From Bdellovibrionales bacterium (GTDB taxonomy: Bacteria > Bdellovibrionota > Bdellovibrionia > Bdellovibrionales > UBA1609), in the NCBI GenBank assembly GCA_965261545.1, contig CBDHDF010000002.1:643016-707015 (forward strand): 64,000 nt of DNA, written 5' to 3'. Shown here piece by piece: positions 60,923-64,000 of this stretch. Position 1 is the stretch's first letter. Each line of letters opens with the position of its first letter. Made by a program: the position numbers and the translations under genes. A model generated the notes under the pieces. The model was not told the origin of the DNA. It was given only the letters and a program-made list of their open reading frames with translations, and did no database searches.

Positions 60923-63900
60923 ATGAAAACCAAATGTACTCACATATTAAGATGCATGAGTTTATTAAGTTTTTCAATTTTTCTTTTATTTTCCTCTTCT
61001 CATTCTTACTCAACCACACCGAATGTTCCCGCGCCAACATCAACACCTGCAGCAGGAGTGGGATCCTCTGGAAACTCGGCACCTCAAAGCTCATCGAGTT
61101 CGAGCTCTAGGGGGGCGGCTCTTCTGAGTATCAATGACCCGGGGCCCTTACCCACTCGTCTGGCCGACGTCACTGGGTTTACTTTTTATAAACCACGTCA
61201 ATCAAAGGAAGATGCCAAGACAACTCCTCCATTTAGATACTACGGAGGATCTGACGCTTCTAACCCTGAACGCTACAACAGATATAGCCATAGAGTGTAT
61301 TACAACAATTGGTCTTATAAGCAAATGAAAAGATTATATACAAACTTACTTGAGATGCACATCAATTGGTGTAGGCAGCTTCGTGGCAGCGAAGATTCGC
61401 CCAGAAGAAGCGAGAACTTTCGTCGTCAGCTATCTTGGCATCGTAAAATTTGCTACGCAGATGCCTCTCACGATCCTGCATACCGAGTCAATGGAACTTG
61501 CGATTCAAGTTTAGGGGATGTCAGAGTCTCTATTGGAAGCAGAGGAACGCATCAATATGTTTCTTGTGAAAAAGACAATACGTTTGAAGCACGTTTTGGT
61601 GCAAATATACTTCTTGTCAGTGTGGCTGATTCTCCAGCTAAGGTTGTCGCAAGTCAAGAGCAAGCCATGGGCAGAAATAGATCTCTCACAACAAAAGCAA
61701 TTATTTCCGTTGCCAATGAATTCCCTATTTTTATAACAAGATGGAATATCCCAAGTGATAACTATAGCTTCACGCTTCCTCTTAAGCCAGGACTAAATTA
61801 CAATTTTCTCGTGCATTGGGGGGATGGTGCGGGCATAGACGTAAGGTGGGGGGAGACATATACTATAACATCTTTTGATGATGCCGATAAGACATTTGTT
61901 TATTCCAATCGTGGAGATACTATCATCATGATTATAGGCACTATGGAAGGATTTCAAAATACCTCAGACGAAAGGGGAAATTTGTATGAAGTTTCCAAGC
62001 TAGGAAATATGGGATGGAAAGACCTCTCTGAGGCTTTTTCAGGTAATATTGAGCTTCGTGGAGTGTATGGAGGAAACACCTCAAAGGTCACAAATATGTC
62101 AGCTATGTTTGCAGGTGCTTCCGTCGTACATCCAGATACAATCTGGGACACCTCAAATGTTACTAACATGTCAGCTATGTTTGCCAATGCTTTCGTGTCA
62201 CAGCCAAATACAAGCAACTGGGACACCTCAAAAGTTACTAACATGTCAGCTATGTTCGAAAATGCCCAGTATCCAAATCCCAATACAAGCAACTGGGACA
62301 CTTCAAAAGTTACTAACATGTCATCTATGTTTAAAAATACCCAGGATGCAAATCCCAATACAAGCAACTGGGACACCTCAAAAGTTACTAACATGTCAGC
62401 TATGTTTGCAAATACCCATCGAGCAAATCCCAATACAAGCAGCTGGGACACTTCAAAAGTTACTAACATGTCAGCTATGTTTGCAAATAATATCCATCGA
62501 TTAAATCCAAATACAAGCAGTTGGGACACTTCAAAAGTTACTAACATGTCATATATGTTTGCAGATAATACGAAGGCAAATCCAGACACAAGCAACTGGG
62601 ACACTTCAAAAGTTACTAACATGTCAGCCATGTTTAAAAAGGCCCTTCGAGCAAATCCAAATACAAGCAGCTGGGACTTTACACAGGTGCAATCTCTCGC
62701 TCGACAACTTGACCACGTATCATTTCTTACCTATGGAGCTGGAGCTGCAAATAGTCTTCAGCCCGGGAAGTTTCATACCCCCATACAAGAAGTGGCCATA
62801 CCTTCCTCTGAAAGAGGCTTGGCGAGTGTATTTAAATCGCCCAGCCTATCCGTTGACAATTATTCAAAATTTTTAATACGCCTCGATCAAAAACCACCCA
62901 CAAGCAGCAATCTCATAAAGGTTATCGATGTGGGCACGTTAAAATACAAACCAAGTGCTATAAATGCGCGAGAAGGCTTAGCGGAGAAAGGTTGGAGCAT
63001 CACTGATGGAGGTCCTGATGCCAAAGATCTTTATTTTGACTCAATATCTTTACCGGTACTTTCTCAAAACAATGCACGAGCTTACAAAGTTCGAGGAAGC
63101 TGTGACCCCGATCTTGGAAATGTCACAATTACGATTGGAGTTGGAGATTCAAAAGTGGTGAAGGAATTCACTTGTAACTCAGACAACACATTCTTAGCAA
63201 TTCTTGATTTACGAAATATAGTTTCCCCTCAAGTGACTATCAGATCCAGTCAGGGCACAGGTGATTCGGTATTCGGTGTCAGTAAATCCTTTGTATTGGC
63301 TAATGATATGAATCACTTTGTTACAGAGTGGTCGATATCAGAACCACCCTTCACATTCACTCTCCCCCTTAAACCAGGATTGAGATATAACTTTACTGTG
63401 GATTGGGGAGACGGAAGTTCTAAGAGTGAAGTGACGTCCTTTGATGATAGTGACAAGGTCCATACTTACCAAAATATAGGCAAAGTGACAATCAAGATCA
63501 CAGGTCTTGTTGAAGGATTCCACAATAGTTTCGATAATGGTCTTCTTCACAACAACTTACTTCTTAAGGTGTTAAACCTTGGAAATATGGGGTGGAAGGA
63601 TCTCTCTCATGCTTTTGAAAATAATGTGAACCTCACAGTATTTCGTGGAGGAAACACCTCCAATGTCACCAATATGTCTCATATGTTTAATGGTGCCACC
63701 AAAGCAAATCCAGATACCAGTGGTTGGGACACTTCTCGTGTGTTCGATATGTCCGCGATGTTTTCTGAAGCGGCCCGAGCCAATCCCGATACCAGTGGTT
63801 GGGACACTTCCCATGTGGTAACTATGGGGCACATGTTTTCTAAAACGACTCTAGCCAACCCCGATACCAGTGGTTGGGACACTTCCCGTGTGGTAAATAT

Positions 63901-64000
63901 GGAGCAGATGTTTTTGGAAGCGACTCAAGCCGACCCCGATACCAGTGGTTGGGATTTTCAAAGCCTCTATGCATTAGCACCACAGTTTACCGATTTACCT
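60923..64000 (+). CDS. Large secreted DUF285/BspA-like repeat surface protein (partial; runs off the window)
   Basis: AAGGAG RBS, ATG 60923, signal-like MKTKCTHILRCMSLLSFSIFLLFSSSHS; same frame at the start, both repeat arrays and 64000; two modules of Ig-like + FTLPLKPGL.YNF.V.WGDG + WDTS.VTNM..MF repeats. Confidence 0.88.
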   Translation, partial: MKTKCTHILRCMSLLSFSIFLLFSSSHSYSTTPNVPAPTSTPAAGVGSSGNSAPQSSSSSSSRGAALLSINDPGPLPTRLADVTGFTFYKPRQSKEDAKTTPPFRYYGGSDASNPERYNRYSHRVYYNNWSYKQMKRLYTNLLEMHINWCRQLRGSEDSPRRSENFRRQLSWHRKICYADASHDPAYRVNGTCDSSLGDVRVSIGSRGTHQYVSCEKDNTFEARFGANILLVSVADSPAKVVASQEQAMGRNRSLTTKAIISVANEFPIFITRWNIPSDNYSFTLPLKPGLNYNFLVHWGDGAGIDVRWGETYTITSFDDADKTFVYSNRGDTIIMIIGTMEGFQNTSDERGNLYEVSKLGNMGWKDLSEAFSGNIELRGVYGGNTSKVTNMSAMFAGASVVHPDTIWDTSNVTNMSAMFANAFVSQPNTSNWDTSKVTNMSAMFENAQYPNPNTSNWDTSKVTNMSSMFKNTQDANPNTSNWDTSKVTNMSAMFANTHRANPNTSSWDTSKVTNMSAMFANNIHRLNPNTSSWDTSKVTNMSYMFADNTKANPDTSNWDTSKVTNMSAMFKKALRANPNTSSWDFTQVQSLARQLDHVSFLTYGAGAANSLQPGKFHTPIQEVAIPSSERGLASVFKSPSLSVDNYSKFLIRLDQKPPTSSNLIKVIDVGTLKYKPSAINAREGLAEKGWSITDGGPDAKDLYFDSISLPVLSQNNARAYKVRGSCDPDLGNVTITIGVGDSKVVKEFTCNSDNTFLAILDLRNIVSPQVTIRSSQGTGDSVFGVSKSFVLANDMNHFVTEWSISEPPFTFTLPLKPGLRYNFTVDWGDGSSKSEVTSFDDSDKVHTYQNIGKVTIKITGLVEGFHNSFDNGLLHNNLLLKVLNLGNMGWKDLSHAFENNVNLTVFRGGNTSNVTNMSHMFNGATKANPDTSGWDTSRVFDMSAMFSEAARANPDTSGWDTSHVVTMGHMFSKTTLANPDTSGWDTSRVVNMEQMFLEATQADPDTSGWDFQSLYALAPQFTDLP
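62075..62680 (+). repeat. 66-bp (22-aa) DUF285-type tandem repeats, about 9 units
   Basis: Recurring aatacaagcaactgggacacytcaaaagttactaacatgtca. Confidence 0.92.
63650..63960 (+). repeat. Second 66-bp DUF285-type repeat array
   Basis: Recurring gataccagtggttgggacacttc. Confidence 0.9.

Noticed and set aside
61954-62631. 225-aa hydrophobic repeat ORF on the minus strand (also 62049-62504 + and 63572-63882 -)
   Set aside because: Shadow frames of the DUF285 repeats in the long plus-strand gene starting at 60923

Overview
Bacterial chromosomal window, most likely from a Bdellovibrionota-like predator. This taxon is an inference from the joint presence of topoisomerase VI A/B, a mevalonate operon, spoVG, a SWIB protein and sigma-28-like promoters. 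Bases 1-46 kb are mostly housekeeping: map, ahcY, rpsD, serS, uvrBC, top6BA, metK, lepA, bolA, fni-mvaA-PMK-mvaD-MVK, an RND pump, lolC/E, spoVG and pyk. Two insertions interrupt this part: an AT-rich anti-phage dCTP deaminase islet with a coupled small protein carrying a fresh 144-bp duplication, and an IS4 element. Bases 46-61 kb form a decaying defence/mobile island. It holds an IS1634 inside a rhuM-like gene, a coupled TM0106 nuclease-helicase plus Pif1 helicase pair, integrase and excisionase remnants, an intact AbiE type IV TA pair with twin operators, IS200/ISAzo13/IS1634 scraps, an orphan pomA/motA and two IS256 copies. The window ends inside a large DUF285 (BspA-like) surface protein that the ORF track does not list. 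Hidden structure found by reading the sequence includes five sigma-28-like promoters, a long structured RNA candidate before spoVG, many short tandem duplications and several small frameshifts. No tRNA, rRNA or CRISPR array was seen. All calls come from motif recognition; no searches were run.
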